From Candidatus Velthaea sp. (GTDB taxonomy: Bacteria > Vulcanimicrobiota > Vulcanimicrobiia > Vulcanimicrobiales > Vulcanimicrobiaceae): a stretch of DNA of 64,000 nt. Location of the stretch: contig CBDCCS010000022.1 in the NCBI GenBank assembly GCA_965214935.1, positions 1-64,000 of the forward strand. Reading direction: 5' to 3'. Positions within the stretch are counted from its first letter, which is position 1; each line of letters opens with the position of its first letter. Below the pieces are notes generated by a model. The model ran no database searches. It saw only the letters and a list, made by a program, of their open reading frames with translations, and was not told the DNA's origin. The translations under genes were made by a program, and so were the position numbers. Below, in pieces: positions 11,042 through 21,600 of this stretch.

Positions 11042-12102
11042 GGTGCCGGAGTCGGCTTCCGTGTCGGCGACGGTGACGGCCGCGGCGCTTCGACGCCCAG
11101 CGTGACCTGGCTCAACAATTCGTTGTTGATATACGTATCGAGTTCGCTTTTTCCAACCACCGTTAAATTAAAGTCGAGCTTTTGTCCGCCTTGCGCGTAG
11201 CTATTGTAAACGTTCCAGGTACCGGTTTCATCGTGGACTTCCATCCGCACGTTAGCGGACGAATCACGCGCCGGAACGGTCGCACTCGCGTGCACTTGTC
11301 GAATTAAGTAACCGTACTCGCCGGGCCCGGCGCTGACTTGCAACGACACCGGTGTAAACGGATCGATCTGCGCGTTGTTGGCCGGATTCTGACGCTGAAC
11401 TTGCCCGCGCGGCGGTCCGTTCGGACCGAACGGCGTCCACACGATTTGCCCGAGATGCACCTTGTTGCGCACGGCATCCGCGCGCGCATCATCGATGTCT
11501 TCACCGACGAAATTCGGAACGCGTATCGACGTCGGCGGTCCCTTACTCAACGTTAACGTCACTCGCGTTCCTTCACGCACGCTGGTCAGCGGCGGCGGAT
11601 CTTGTGTAAGCACGTGATTGGCAAGCACGTCGTCGCTCGGCACGATCGTCGTTTTGGCAAGTTGCAGACGGTTACGCACCAGCGCGAGATTCGCTTCGCG
11701 CAGCGATTGAAAGCGCAAATCCGGCATCGAGAAAATGGTGACACCGGTGCTGACGACGAGCGAGATCTCACGGCCCGCGCGCACGTGGCTTCCGGCGTCG
11801 GGCTGTTGACCCATCACCACGTCTTTGGGGAATCGATCGCTGGGCTGATTCGCAACGACCGATGCATGCAGTTTTAGCCGTTCGGCTTCGCTCAATGCAT
11901 CGGTCGCGGTTTGACCGCTGAACGACGGCACCAGGACGTCCGGTACGGCCGGTGCGAAAAAGTCTTTGACGGACCGGCCGAACCACACGAGTATGCCGAC
12001 GGCGACGGCGAGCGCAACGGCAAAGAGCCAATCGCGATCGAATATCGACTCGCGGCGCTTTCTCGGCCGGGAAGCCGCCGCTTGGGGACTATCGAGTTGC
12101 AT
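11038..12102 (-). CDS. Single-TM protein with three PASTA domains and no kinase domain
   Basis: TM helix followed by VPSFSG..QQPDAG..VSTG, MPDLR..QDPPP..LSKG, VPNFVG..QNP..VSAG repeats. Confidence 0.9.
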   Translation of the reverse strand: MQLDSPQAAASRPRKRRESIFDRDWLFAVALAVAVGILVWFGRSVKDFFAPAVPDVLVPSFSGQTATDALSEAERLKLHASVVANQPSDRFPKDVVMGQQPDAGSHVRAGREISLVVSTGVTIFSMPDLRFQSLREANLALVRNRLQLAKTTIVPSDDVLANHVLTQDPPPLTSVREGTRVTLTLSKGPPTSIRVPNFVGEDIDDARADAVRNKVHLGQIVWTPFGPNGPPRGQVQRQNPANNAQIDPFTPVSLQVSAGPGEYGYLIRQVHASATVPARDSSANVRMEVHDETGTWNVYNSYAQGGQKLDFNLTVVGKSELDTYINNELLSQVTLGVEAPRPSPSPTRKPTPAP

Positions 12103-12158
12103 GCCGCCGGCTAGCGTTCGCGCCGGAAACCGGCCTTTCCTTAACTTGCGCGCACGCG

Positions 12159-12905
12159 CTAGGCCAGTGCCTCCAGCACGGCGTCGTCGAATTCTGCATT
12201 ACTGTAAACGCTTTGAACGTCTTCATGCTCTTCGAGCGCATCGAGGAAATTGAGGATCTTGCCGGTATCGCCCGCCGGCGGATGCGTGGTTTGTTTCGGC
12301 TCCATCGTTAACCGGGCGCTGGTAATACGCAAGCCCGTTGCTTCAAGCGTCGTCTTGACCGCCATGAGCGCCGTTGCTTCGGTAATGACCTCGGGCCGAT
12401 CGTCATCGAATCGGACGTCGATCACACCGTCGACGAGCGCCCGTTCGGTCAGCGCATCCTCGCTTAAATTCGACGGCTTCACAGCGAGCACGCCGCGCGG
12501 CTCGAACATCCAGCCGACGCTTCCGCTTTCGCCCAGCGTGCCATCGTTACGTGAAAACAGGAAGCGCAATTCACTCGCGGTACGATTGCGATTGTCGGTC
12601 GCGGCATCGACGATTACCGCGACGCCGCCCGGGCCGTAGCCTTCGTAGCGTAATTCCTCGATCTGCTTCTCATCGGCGCCGCCGCCGGCACGCGCGATCG
12701 CGCGCTTGATATTCTCTTGCGGCACGTTGGCTTCGCGCGCTTTCTCGACCGCCATCTTCAGGCGGTAGTTTGCCTCGGGATCAGGCGAACCGCTCTTGGC
12801 CGCAACGATGATTTCTTTACTTAACTTTGTGAAGAGTGCGCCACGTTGCGCATCGATTTTGCCCTTTTTGAGTTTGATATTATGCCACTTAGAATGTCCG
12901 CTCAT
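12159..12905 (-). CDS. yebC: YebC/PmpR family protein
   Basis: True start MSGHSKWHNIK; YEGYGPGG, TDNRNRT. Confidence 0.96.
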   Translation of the reverse strand: MSGHSKWHNIKLKKGKIDAQRGALFTKLSKEIIVAAKSGSPDPEANYRLKMAVEKAREANVPQENIKRAIARAGGGADEKQIEELRYEGYGPGGVAVIVDAATDNRNRTASELRFLFSRNDGTLGESGSVGWMFEPRGVLAVKPSNLSEDALTERALVDGVIDVRFDDDRPEVITEATALMAVKTTLEATGLRITSARLTMEPKQTTHPPAGDTGKILNFLDALEEHEDVQSVYSNAEFDDAVLEALA

Positions 12906-12934
12906 CTCCGCGCTTCGCTTTCTGTCATTACGTC

Positions 12935-15900
12935 TTAGATAATCCAGCTCTTGAGCCACATACGATCGTGCCACGCATTCCAGCTGACATGAACGCCGGC
13001 AAGCACCGGATAGAAATAAAAGAAGAGCAACACGACGGCGGCGAGATACATCCCGACGCCGATCCGTGCAATGCCGAAGCGTTCGCTCGACGTCCGCCAC
13101 GCCCATACCCGCTGAAGGATGACGGCGTTGGCCAAGACGATCATCGAGAGATTCGGATAGAAGTGATATTCGAAAGCAATCCGCGGCGATCCGATCCAGG
13201 GCAGCCACTGGAAGACGTAGGCTGCAATCAACAACGCATATCCCTTGTTGCGCTCGATGACGGCTAACACGGCGACGGCCGGGATCGAGAGCAAACCGGC
13301 CCACCAAACGAGCGGATTCGGCAGCGCCAGAATCTCGGCAACGCAGCAAGCCGTTGCATCCGAGCGCGCATCGGCGGCACGCACGTCGGTGTAGAAATAC
13401 GATATCGGCTTTTGCAGAATCGGCCACTGCCACCACTTCGATGCATACGGGTGCGTAGCGGTAAGAGTCGAGTGATACCAGTACATCTCGTGCTGCAGCG
13501 AAACGACGTCAACGAGATTGTGACCCATCATGAAGTGCGGTATGTACGCGGCGATGTAGATCGCCCCGCCGACCACGACCATCGCTGCAACGGCGACATC
13601 GAGTGCAATCCCGAACGGGTTACCCAACACCGCCGGCCGTGCCAGCCAACGCTGCGCCACGACCGCACCGGTCAGCAGCCAGACGACGAAGAAGTCGAAG
13701 AGCCCATTCCACTTCGAGGCGGCAAGACAGCCGCCGGAAATCGCGAGCGCAATCATCCAGAAGCGCGCATCGCCGGGATCGAGCCGGATTCCAGCGACAC
13801 TGAACGAGCCGTCGACGCGATAGGTCGCGGCAGCCGCAGGCGTAGCGTACGTGAGTTCGCCGTCGCGCGCGTAGGTGCGATGCAAATCGCCGTCGCCGAC
13901 CGTTGCTAGAACGCTACCTCGTTTCGCAGCACTCGGATCGAGCGGCTCGCCTTCCGGCGTGATACCGCTAAAACTCCGGTCTGCATTGACCCGGATGCGC
14001 GTGCCGTCGGCATAACTCACGTCGGCGCCGTTCGCCGGCAGCAAACGGCGTAAGCCGACGCGCGCAAACAGATACACCGCCGTCTCGAAATAAACGAACG
14101 CGACGAGTAAGGTCGTGTTGTGAAACTCGGGCCCGGCGGTCGATTTGCCGACATTCGTCGCTACGTACGCTAGGATTGCAGCAAGTACCGTACCGGCGGC
14201 GAGCGTTGCGAAAAAGGCAGGCCGATAGGCGGCGATCGCGACACGCCGGCGTTGCGCTTGCGAGGCGATCCATAGTCGGTAGAAAGCATACAGCGTGGTC
14301 AGCGAGAAAAATGCCACCGTAATTTCCGGGGTCGCGATACGCGATTGAACGTAGTGAAAGCCGTCGAAGAGCAGCATGCCGGCGGCGATCGAAGCGAACA
14401 GCGTCGAGCGAGTAAGGTGCTTGGCAAAAGCGTACAAAACGCCGACGGTCAATGCACCGATGACGATATTGAGAAAACGCCAGCCGAAACCGGTATTACC
14501 CAAGCCGTGCAGTCCGCCGAAGAGCAGCATCGATAGCGTGATAATCAGTTTCGTGAGCGGCGGATGCGTCCATTCGAACACGCCGAGATCGCCGGCCGTC
14601 CCGGCGTGCTTCAAATATTCGACGGCCGAACGCGGGTAGTAGACCTCATCGAAATACCGTTCGGCCGGCCACTGATACCACAGGATACACAAGACGAACG
14701 AACCGGCCGTCATCGCTCCGGCGATCAACCAATCGCGCCGGCTCATCGATGCAACGCCTTCGGCCGGGTCGAACCAATTGCGCAGCCGCAAGTAGGTCGC
14801 GAGGGCACCGCTCGTCCACGCCCGGCCGAGCGACTCACTCGCTCCGCCCAGCGCCCTGCCGGCAGTACCGCCCAGATAAAAATAGCCGAGCCCGAAAAAC
14901 ACTGCGACGTTGAGCGCGGATAGGGGCCCGGTAACGAGCGGCCACAAGCTGGTTGCGTCGACGCCCGGCGTCTTGGCTTCCATTACCGTTTGATAGGCCA
15001 GCGAATATGTCAGGTTTACAAATAGCGTGAGCGAAACGGCGACGGCGGCCCAAACGTAACGCCGTCCGAGTGCCGCCAGCGGCATCATCAGCAGAAATGC
15101 GCCGAAAATGTAGCGCTCGTGCATGCGCGTCGCAAATATGAAGAAGCCGAATGAAACGAGCATCGCCGCTTCGAGCAACGCTCGATCGTCCTTACGCTGC
15201 AGGTAACGTCCGGCCACGAGCAACGCCGAACAAACGACGAGAAGCCAGCCCCAAACGACGACCGGTCCGAGTGAGATCCCGGACAGCGGCAGAATCAGTG
15301 CTTGCGAATCGGACTGCCAGAACGGCTGTTTGACGGCGTACAAATTAAACGCGTTGATGGTGTTATAGGCATAGACCCCGCTGCCGTATGCATACCGGCC
15401 GTAGAGCCAGACGGCATCGTCCACGGGGTTGATACTGCCGTGAAACAGCGCCGCCGCAAACCAGGCCAGCCCGAGGCTTGCAGCAAGGCCGTACAGCGTG
15501 CCGACTACGCGCCGGCGCCGCTCGGCGACGGCCGGCGCGACAAAGGCAAACGCCAAAAAGACGAGCCCGACAAACGTGCCTTGCGGCTTCATTAAAATCG
15601 ATGCGGCAAGCGCGAACCACCCGCACGTTATTTTTCGCGCGCCGAAGCGTTCGTCGTTGCGCGCGCTCAATAACAGGTTGAGCCCGGCTAGCACCAAGCC
15701 CCACGAGACGCTGTCGACCTGACCCCAATAGCCGGACAGATAGATGGCCGCCGGATTAAACGCGTACAACATCGCTGCACCCAGCGCCGCACCCCGCGAG
15801 GCGAACCGCCCGGCGATACGATAGATCAGCCACGCATTGACGATATCCATCGCGATCGCAGGCAGCTTGACGAGCATGCCGAGCACGTTGTAGGCGTCGG

Positions 15901-16201
15901 GCGCAATGACGTGCAGCGCCACGAGACCCTTGTACAACCAGCCGATACCGAGCAGAACGAAGAAATAGCCGGGCGGGTAATCGGCAAACGACGTCGAGCG
16001 GTAAAAATCGTAGAGTGGATGTTCGGTGAGCGTTAATGCCCACGCTTCAAAGGCCGCAAGGTCGTTATGAAAACCGCTGCCCGATAGGAAGACCAGCCGC
16101 AGCACGAACGCGGCGGCAAGGATCGCAAAAAGCGCTCCCGACCGCGAAGCTGTTTGCGCCCGCTGCGCAAACGTCGTCTGCGCTTGCGCCGATGCGCTCA
16201 T
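12935..16201 (-). CDS. Large membrane glycosyltransferase with two fused GT-C modules (C-terminal one PMT-like)
   Basis: N-half DYPPG, NP..WGQVDS, MHERY; C-half FDEVYY, THPPL.K, SRIA, SKW, HPYASKWWQWP, NP..WW. Confidence 0.85.
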   Translation of the reverse strand: MSASAQAQTTFAQRAQTASRSGALFAILAAAFVLRLVFLSGSGFHNDLAAFEAWALTLTEHPLYDFYRSTSFADYPPGYFFVLLGIGWLYKGLVALHVIAPDAYNVLGMLVKLPAIAMDIVNAWLIYRIAGRFASRGAALGAAMLYAFNPAAIYLSGYWGQVDSVSWGLVLAGLNLLLSARNDERFGARKITCGWFALAASILMKPQGTFVGLVFLAFAFVAPAVAERRRRVVGTLYGLAASLGLAWFAAALFHGSINPVDDAVWLYGRYAYGSGVYAYNTINAFNLYAVKQPFWQSDSQALILPLSGISLGPVVVWGWLLVVCSALLVAGRYLQRKDDRALLEAAMLVSFGFFIFATRMHERYIFGAFLLMMPLAALGRRYVWAAVAVSLTLFVNLTYSLAYQTVMEAKTPGVDATSLWPLVTGPLSALNVAVFFGLGYFYLGGTAGRALGGASESLGRAWTSGALATYLRLRNWFDPAEGVASMSRRDWLIAGAMTAGSFVLCILWYQWPAERYFDEVYYPRSAVEYLKHAGTAGDLGVFEWTHPPLTKLIITLSMLLFGGLHGLGNTGFGWRFLNIVIGALTVGVLYAFAKHLTRSTLFASIAAGMLLFDGFHYVQSRIATPEITVAFFSLTTLYAFYRLWIASQAQRRRVAIAAYRPAFFATLAAGTVLAAILAYVATNVGKSTAGPEFHNTTLLVAFVYFETAVYLFARVGLRRLLPANGADVSYADGTRIRVNADRSFSGITPEGEPLDPSAAKRGSVLATVGDGDLHRTYARDGELTYATPAAAATYRVDGSFSVAGIRLDPGDARFWMIALAISGGCLAASKWNGLFDFFVVWLLTGAVVAQRWLARPAVLGNPFGIALDVAVAAMVVVGGAIYIAAYIPHFMMGHNLVDVVSLQHEMYWYHSTLTATHPYASKWWQWPILQKPISYFYTDVRAADARSDATACCVAEILALPNPLVWWAGLLSIPAVAVLAVIERNKGYALLIAAYVFQWLPWIGSPRIAFEYHFYPNLSMIVLANAVILQRVWAWRTSSERFGIARIGVGMYLAAVVLLFFYFYPVLAGVHVSWNAWHDRMWLKSWII

Positions 16202-17202
16202 TATGAAACCCGGCGCACGTTTGCGGCAAGAAACGCGCGCACGCGCATGTCCGCATCGATCGCGTGGTCCGCGGCGATACGGTCAGCTCGATCGAAGTGC
16301 ATTTGCGCCTGTGTCATCGCCGCATCGCGCACGCCCAGCGCATCGAGGGCGGCAATCGTCGCCCGCACGTCGCATGCATCGAGCGCGCCGCTGCCGGCGT
16401 AGCGCGCGGCAACGACATCGCGGGCCGGCGAGGGCGGCCCATCGAGCGCCCAAACGACGGGAAACGTCCATTTACGCCGGGCAAGATCGGCGCCGACGGG
16501 TTTGCCCGTCGCAGCCGGTTCGCCCCAGGTGCCCAGCATATCGTCTTCGATTTGGAAGCCGAGCCCGTACGCGCGGCCAAGTTCGCGATATGCGCGCGAC
16601 CGGTCGAAGCCGGCACCGGCAGCGAGCGCACCGATCTCGCACGCCGCGCCGAAGAGCGCCGCCGTTTTTCCGGTGATCATTGCGAGATACTCATCCATGG
16701 TCACGCACGCTTCGACCTCGAAGGCGATGTCGCGTCCCTGGCCGGCACACATGGCGAGATTCGCCTCGTGCAGTGCACGGGTCATCGCGACCGTGCGTTC
16801 CGCGGGCCGTGCGACATCGCTTTCGAGCAGCGCGAGATAACTGATCGCGCACAGCGAATCACCGGCATTGATACCGTGCGCAGTGCCCCACTTGGCCCAC
16901 ACCGTATCGCGGCCGTGGCGTACCCGATCGCCGTCTTCGATATCATCGTGAACGAGCGAGTAGTTGTGTAGAATCTCGATGGCACATGCTGCATCGAGGG
17001 CATCTTCGAGCCGGCCGCCCTCCGCCTGGGCAACGGTGAGGAGCAGCAGCGGCCGCAACCGTTTGCCTTGACTTTTTTCGGCATCCGCCGCGTAACCGAA
17101 ATGGTAGCGAATCATCGCCGTTATCGGCGCGGTACTGTCGTACCGCGTTATCGCCGCTTCGAGAGCGCGCTCGAAACTAGACTGTGACGCGACTGAGTGC
17201 AT
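16201..17202 (-). CDS. Polyprenyl diphosphate synthase
   Basis: GKRLRP, SLVHDDIEDGD, KTAALF, FQIEDD. Confidence 0.94.
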   Translation of the reverse strand: MHSVASQSSFERALEAAITRYDSTAPITAMIRYHFGYAADAEKSQGKRLRPLLLLTVAQAEGGRLEDALDAACAIEILHNYSLVHDDIEDGDRVRHGRDTVWAKWGTAHGINAGDSLCAISYLALLESDVARPAERTVAMTRALHEANLAMCAGQGRDIAFEVEACVTMDEYLAMITGKTAALFGAACEIGALAAGAGFDRSRAYRELGRAYGLGFQIEDDMLGTWGEPAATGKPVGADLARRKWTFPVVWALDGPPSPARDVVAARYAGSGALDACDVRATIAALDALGVRDAAMTQAQMHFDRADRIAADHAIDADMRVRAFLAANVRRVS

Positions 17203-18037
17203 CCATCCGATCCGCGACTTGATCGACGAGCCAGCCCGGCGTTGAAGCCCCGGACATCAGACCGGCTCGCGCAACATCGGCAAACCACTGCGGCTCGAGC
17301 TCATCGGGCCCTTCGATGTGATACGAGCGAGCGCCGTGGGCCGTCGCTAATTCGGCCAGATGTTTAGTATTGGCCGACGTCTTGCCGCCGACGACGACCA
17401 TGACGTCGACGTTCTGCGCGAGCGCTTGAGCTTCGGATTGGCGATTGTGCGTATCGGTGCAAATCGTGTTGACCGCGCGGACTTCGTAGTACTTCTCGCT
17501 CAGGCGTTTGACGATATCGGTAAAGCCGCTACCCGACCACGTCGACTGAACGACGACGCCGATCCGGCTGCCGCGCGGCAGCGCGTCGACATCGGAGGGC
17601 TGCTGGACGCACCAAGCACCGGGGACGTGCGAAAGCGTGCCTTTCACTTCGGGATGCGACGGATCGCCGACAACGACGATCTTGTAACCGTCGGCTTTGA
17701 GCTTTTCCGCCTGAACGTGAATCTTCGTGACCATCGGGCAGGTCGCATCGACGATCGTCAAACCTTTGGCCTGCGCTTTGTCGAAGACGTCGGTCGGTAA
17801 GCCGTGAGCGCGGACGAACAGCGTCCCCGATTCGACATCGTCGACCGAGTGTGCGTTCTTAAGCCCCTGCGCTTCAAGCTCGGCAACCATTTGCGGATTG
17901 TGCACCACGTGCCCCAGCGTCGTGACGTTCGAACCCGGACGCGCCACGGCTTCTTCCGCTTTCTTCACCGTGATCGCAACGCCGAAGCAAAAGCCTTGCG
18001 TTTTCGCCCGTTTAATCTCCACCAATCGACTCCTCAA
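17177..18037 (-). CDS. ispH: HMBPP reductase
   Basis: GFCFGV, VHN, RAHG, DATCP, HPEV, TIC, SANT, GASTP. Confidence 0.97.
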   Translation of the reverse strand: MRSRLVEIKRAKTQGFCFGVAITVKKAEEAVARPGSNVTTLGHVVHNPQMVAELEAQGLKNAHSVDDVESGTLFVRAHGLPTDVFDKAQAKGLTIVDATCPMVTKIHVQAEKLKADGYKIVVVGDPSHPEVKGTLSHVPGAWCVQQPSDVDALPRGSRIGVVVQSTWSGSGFTDIVKRLSEKYYEVRAVNTICTDTHNRQSEAQALAQNVDVMVVVGGKTSANTKHLAELATAHGARSYHIEGPDELEPQWFADVARAGLMSGASTPGWLVDQVADRMDALSRVTV

Positions 18038-18608
18038 GCACTCGGATGCGCTGCATGATCTCCGCCGTCCACTTCTCTAGATCGTCTTTTTCCGCTTTCC
18101 GGTTCCGGACGATCGTGATGGGCGAACCGAATGCAACGCGGATTTGACCCAAACGTTTGGCGGCAGCGGTTCCGGCGACCGCCGCCGGCACGACCGGCGT
18201 TCCGCTCAAAGCGGCAAGGAACGCGGCTCCGCCTTTTTCGGCCGCGGTGCCGCGAAGATTTCGCGTGCCCTCCGGAAAAATGCCGATGCAGCGGCCTTCC
18301 TTGAGGACGCGGAGCGCAACACGAACGGCCGCGACGCCGCCCGAATCGCGGTCTAAGGGGACGACGCTGAGCCCGCGCAGCACCGGACCGAGCACCGGGA
18401 TCTCGAAGAGCTGCTTCTTAGCAAGATAGGTCAGCATGCGCGGCATACCGACGCCCAGCGCGACCGGATCGAGATACGACACGTGATTGCAAGCCACGAT
18501 GAGGGGGCCTGACCGGGGGACGTGCTCCGTGCCCGTCACCCGTAAGCGCCAGACCAGCGTGCAAACCAGCTTGCAGAACGCTCGCGATACGCGATAGAAC
18601 GGTGTCAA
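18012..18608 (-). CDS. plsC: 1-acyl-glycerol-3-phosphate acyltransferase
   Basis: NHVSYLD and FPEGTR motifs. Confidence 0.93.
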   Translation of the reverse strand: MTPFYRVSRAFCKLVCTLVWRLRVTGTEHVPRSGPLIVACNHVSYLDPVALGVGMPRMLTYLAKKQLFEIPVLGPVLRGLSVVPLDRDSGGVAAVRVALRVLKEGRCIGIFPEGTRNLRGTAAEKGGAAFLAALSGTPVVPAAVAGTAAAKRLGQIRVAFGSPITIVRNRKAEKDDLEKWTAEIMQRIRVLEESIGGD

Positions 18609-19279
18609 TGCTGCGCCATCTCCGTCAGCATCCGGCTTACGACCGTATCGATATCGAGATCGGTCGAATCGATCGCAACGGCGGTCTCGGCCTTGCGCAG
18701 CGGAGCGGCCGCCCGTGCCGTGTCGAGCCGGTCACGTTCGGCGAGCTGTGCGGCAACGTCCGCGCCCGCGACGGTGATCCCGCCGGCGACCATCTCGGCC
18801 AGCCTCCGCTTCGCCCGCTCGGCCAGCGACGCGGTGAGAAAAAACTTGTACCGCGCATCGGGCAAGACGACCGTTCCAATATCGCGCCCGGCCATCACGA
18901 CGGGCTCCGTTTGGGCAATCGCCCGCTGCCGGGCGACGAGTGCCGCTCGGACGTGCGGCGCGGCAGCAACCGTCGAGACGGCGGCGGTGACGTCGGGCAG
19001 CGTCAGCTGCGCGGTCACATCGCGACCGTCGACGAGGACGCAATAGCCGTTCGGTGCCGCATCGTCGGCAGTAATGGCAAGCGTATGCCGTTCGAACATC
19101 TCGACGAGGGCTGCGTCGTTGTCGAGTTCGACGGCGTTGCGTAATGCAAGAAATGCAACGGACCGGTACATCGCACCGGTATCGAGGTACAGCGTCCCAA
19201 GCCGTGCAGCGAGCGCCCGCGAGACGACGGTCTTTCCGGATGCGGACGGACCGTCGATGGCAACGTGACGGTTGGACAT
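18605..19279 (-). CDS. cmk: Cytidylate kinase
   Basis: AIDGPSASGKT, LDTGAMYR, GRDIGTVV. Confidence 0.97.
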   Translation of the reverse strand: MSNRHVAIDGPSASGKTVVSRALAARLGTLYLDTGAMYRSVAFLALRNAVELDNDAALVEMFERHTLAITADDAAPNGYCVLVDGRDVTAQLTLPDVTAAVSTVAAAPHVRAALVARQRAIAQTEPVVMAGRDIGTVVLPDARYKFFLTASLAERAKRRLAEMVAGGITVAGADVAAQLAERDRLDTARAAAPLRKAETAVAIDSTDLDIDTVVSRMLTEMAQH

Positions 19280-19374
19280 ACGGGGCCAACGCATTCGTGA
19301 CCGTACGTGTGTTCAGCCTTTACTCGGAACGCTAACTTGCGGCGCGCAGGTTTTTCATCCATACATAGTCCCAC

Positions 19375-20700
19375 ATGGCGAAAAGTAAAAGCGCCTATTT
19401 TTGCAGCGCGTGCGGATTCGAATCGGCGCGCTGGCTCGGCCGTTGTCCGGGGTGCCAAGCCTGGAATACTTTCGCCGATGCGCCGGTACAAAAGCTTCCG
19501 GCGCGCGGCGGACCTGCGCGAGCGGCGGCAAACGCGGTGCCGACCGGACCGCTGCGCTTCGCCGACATCGACGATCGCCGGATCGCCCGTATTTCGACCG
19601 GTATGCCCGAGTTTGACGCTTGCTTGGGCGGGGGGGTCGTTCCCGGCAGCCTCGTGCTGCTCGGTGGACCGCCGGGGGCGGGCAAGTCGACGCTGCTGCT
19701 GCAAATCGCCGAGCGGCTCAGCGCCGGCGGGTCGTCCGCGGTCTACGTCTGCGGCGAAGAATCGGCGGCACAGACGAAGCTGCGCGCGCAACGTATCGGC
19801 AGCGGAGACTCGCTCTTAGTCTTTGCCGAGACGAACCTGCGCATTATTCTCGACGATCTCGAACGGCGCAAACCCAGCGTGCTCGTCGTCGACTCGATTC
19901 AAACGATGTGGCTGCCCGACGGTGAGTCGTATGCCGGCAGCGTAGCGCAAGTCCGCGATTGCACGCAGTTGCTCATGGAATTCGCAAAACGCACCAATTG
20001 CGCGACGTTTCTTGTCGGGCACATCACCAAAGACGGCACGATCGCCGGGCCGCGGCTGCTCGAACATCTCGTCGATACCGTCCTGTATTTCGAGGGTGAT
20101 GCGAGCGGTGAATTCCGGATCGTGCGCGCGTACAAGAATCGTTTCGGGTCGGTCGATGAAATCTGCGTTTTCTCGATGCACGATACCGGGCTAGCGGAGA
20201 TTCCCGATCCGTCGGCATTGTTTTTACACGGTCGCGGCGACCGGCCGAGCGGCTCGTGCGTCGTGCCCTCGCTGGTCGGAACGCGGCCGGTCCTCGTTGA
20301 AATTCAAGCGCTCGTGGGGGAAACGTCGTACGGCACACCGCGCCGTTTGGCGGCGAACGTGGATCCGGCCCGGCTGGCAATGATCATCGCGGTGCTCGAG
20401 CGCCGCGCGGGCATGCATTTGGGCGGTCACGATATCTACGCATCGGTCGCGGGCGGCTTACGCATCAGCGAACCGGCAGCCGATCTGGGAATCGCACTTG
20501 CGATCGCATCGGCTTTTCGCGACGTCCCGATTCCAAGTGAGATCGCCGCCTTCGGCGAGCTCGGTCTTTCGGGTGAGGTGCGCAGCGTCGGGCAGGCCGC
20601 ACGCCGTACGGGCGAAGCACAGAAGCTCGGCTTTACGCGCGTCGTTGCGCCCGAAACGGTGCGCGATATCGCGCACGCCGTGCGCGCCGCGCTCGATTGA
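19375..20700 (+). CDS. radA: DNA repair protein RadA/Sms
   Basis: C4 zinc finger, GPPGAGKSTL, KNRFG, GELGLSGEVR. Confidence 0.98.
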   Translation: MAKSKSAYFCSACGFESARWLGRCPGCQAWNTFADAPVQKLPARGGPARAAANAVPTGPLRFADIDDRRIARISTGMPEFDACLGGGVVPGSLVLLGGPPGAGKSTLLLQIAERLSAGGSSAVYVCGEESAAQTKLRAQRIGSGDSLLVFAETNLRIILDDLERRKPSVLVVDSIQTMWLPDGESYAGSVAQVRDCTQLLMEFAKRTNCATFLVGHITKDGTIAGPRLLEHLVDTVLYFEGDASGEFRIVRAYKNRFGSVDEICVFSMHDTGLAEIPDPSALFLHGRGDRPSGSCVVPSLVGTRPVLVEIQALVGETSYGTPRRLAANVDPARLAMIIAVLERRAGMHLGGHDIYASVAGGLRISEPAADLGIALAIASAFRDVPIPSEIAAFGELGLSGEVRSVGQAARRTGEAQKLGFTRVVAPETVRDIAHAVRAALD

Positions 20701-21563
20701 CCGGCAGCCGCGAACCGCTTTTCGAGATGGTTCCGAATATCAGCGAAGGCCGCGACCCGCTCATCGTCGATGCGTGCGTCGCGGCATTGAGCGCCGGCGG
20801 CGTGCGCGTGATCGGCCGGACGAGCGATCCGGTGCATCATCGCAGCGTGTTGACGGCAATCGGCAACGCAGCACAGACCGTCGCGTCGAGCGTCGCCCTG
20901 GCAGCAGCCGTTGCAGCGCGGATCGATTTGCGCCGCCATACCGGAGCGCATCCGCGCATCGGCGCACTTGATGTTTTGCCGTTCGTTCCGTTGCGCAACG
21001 CGACGCTCGGCGATGCAATCGGACTGGCTCGCAGCGCGGCCGAGCGCATCGGGCGCGAGCTGCAGATTCCGTCCTATCTGTACGGTGCGGCCGCAAGCGC
21101 CGAGCATCGGCAGCTGCTTGCCGACGTGCGCCGCGGCGAGTTCGCCGGCCTGAGGAACAAATGTCGCGACCCGCGCTGGCAATTCGACTACGGCGACCGG
21201 CCGCATCCGACCGCCGGTGCGATCGCCATCGGCGCGCGTCTTATTTTGATCGCCTATAATATCGAGTTAGCAACCGGCGACATTACGATCGCGCAGCAGA
21301 TCGCCGCAGCGTTACGCGAGCGCAACGGCGGTCTGCGCACACTGCGGGCGTTGGGCATTCGACTCTCCGCCCGGTGCGTTCAAGTGAGCTTCAACATTAC
21401 GGATTACCACGCAACGCCGCTCTATCTCGTTATGGAGCTGGTGCGCCGGCTCGCCGCCGACGCCGGGGTAGAAGTCGGCCGCAGCGAGCTGATCGGCCTG
21501 GCACCGCGAGCTGCCATCGCCTGGACGGCGCGCGCTTACGCAGCCGAACGGCACGAGCCCTAG
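20697..21563 (+). CDS. Glutamate formiminotransferase
   Basis: VPNISEGR, HHRSV, HTGAHPRIGALDVLPFVP, QVSFN, SELIGL. Confidence 0.92.
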   Translation: MTGSREPLFEMVPNISEGRDPLIVDACVAALSAGGVRVIGRTSDPVHHRSVLTAIGNAAQTVASSVALAAAVAARIDLRRHTGAHPRIGALDVLPFVPLRNATLGDAIGLARSAAERIGRELQIPSYLYGAAASAEHRQLLADVRRGEFAGLRNKCRDPRWQFDYGDRPHPTAGAIAIGARLILIAYNIELATGDITIAQQIAAALRERNGGLRTLRALGIRLSARCVQVSFNITDYHATPLYLVMELVRRLAADAGVEVGRSELIGLAPRAAIAWTARAYAAERHEP

Positions 21564-21600
21564 CTGATTGATCGCCCGGCGGGCTGGAAATCCGCAGCGT

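Noticed and set aside
12906..13436. N-terminal extension of YebC in the 425-aa ORF call
   Set aside because: It overlaps the glycosyltransferase in another frame; the canonical MSGHSKW start is at 12905.
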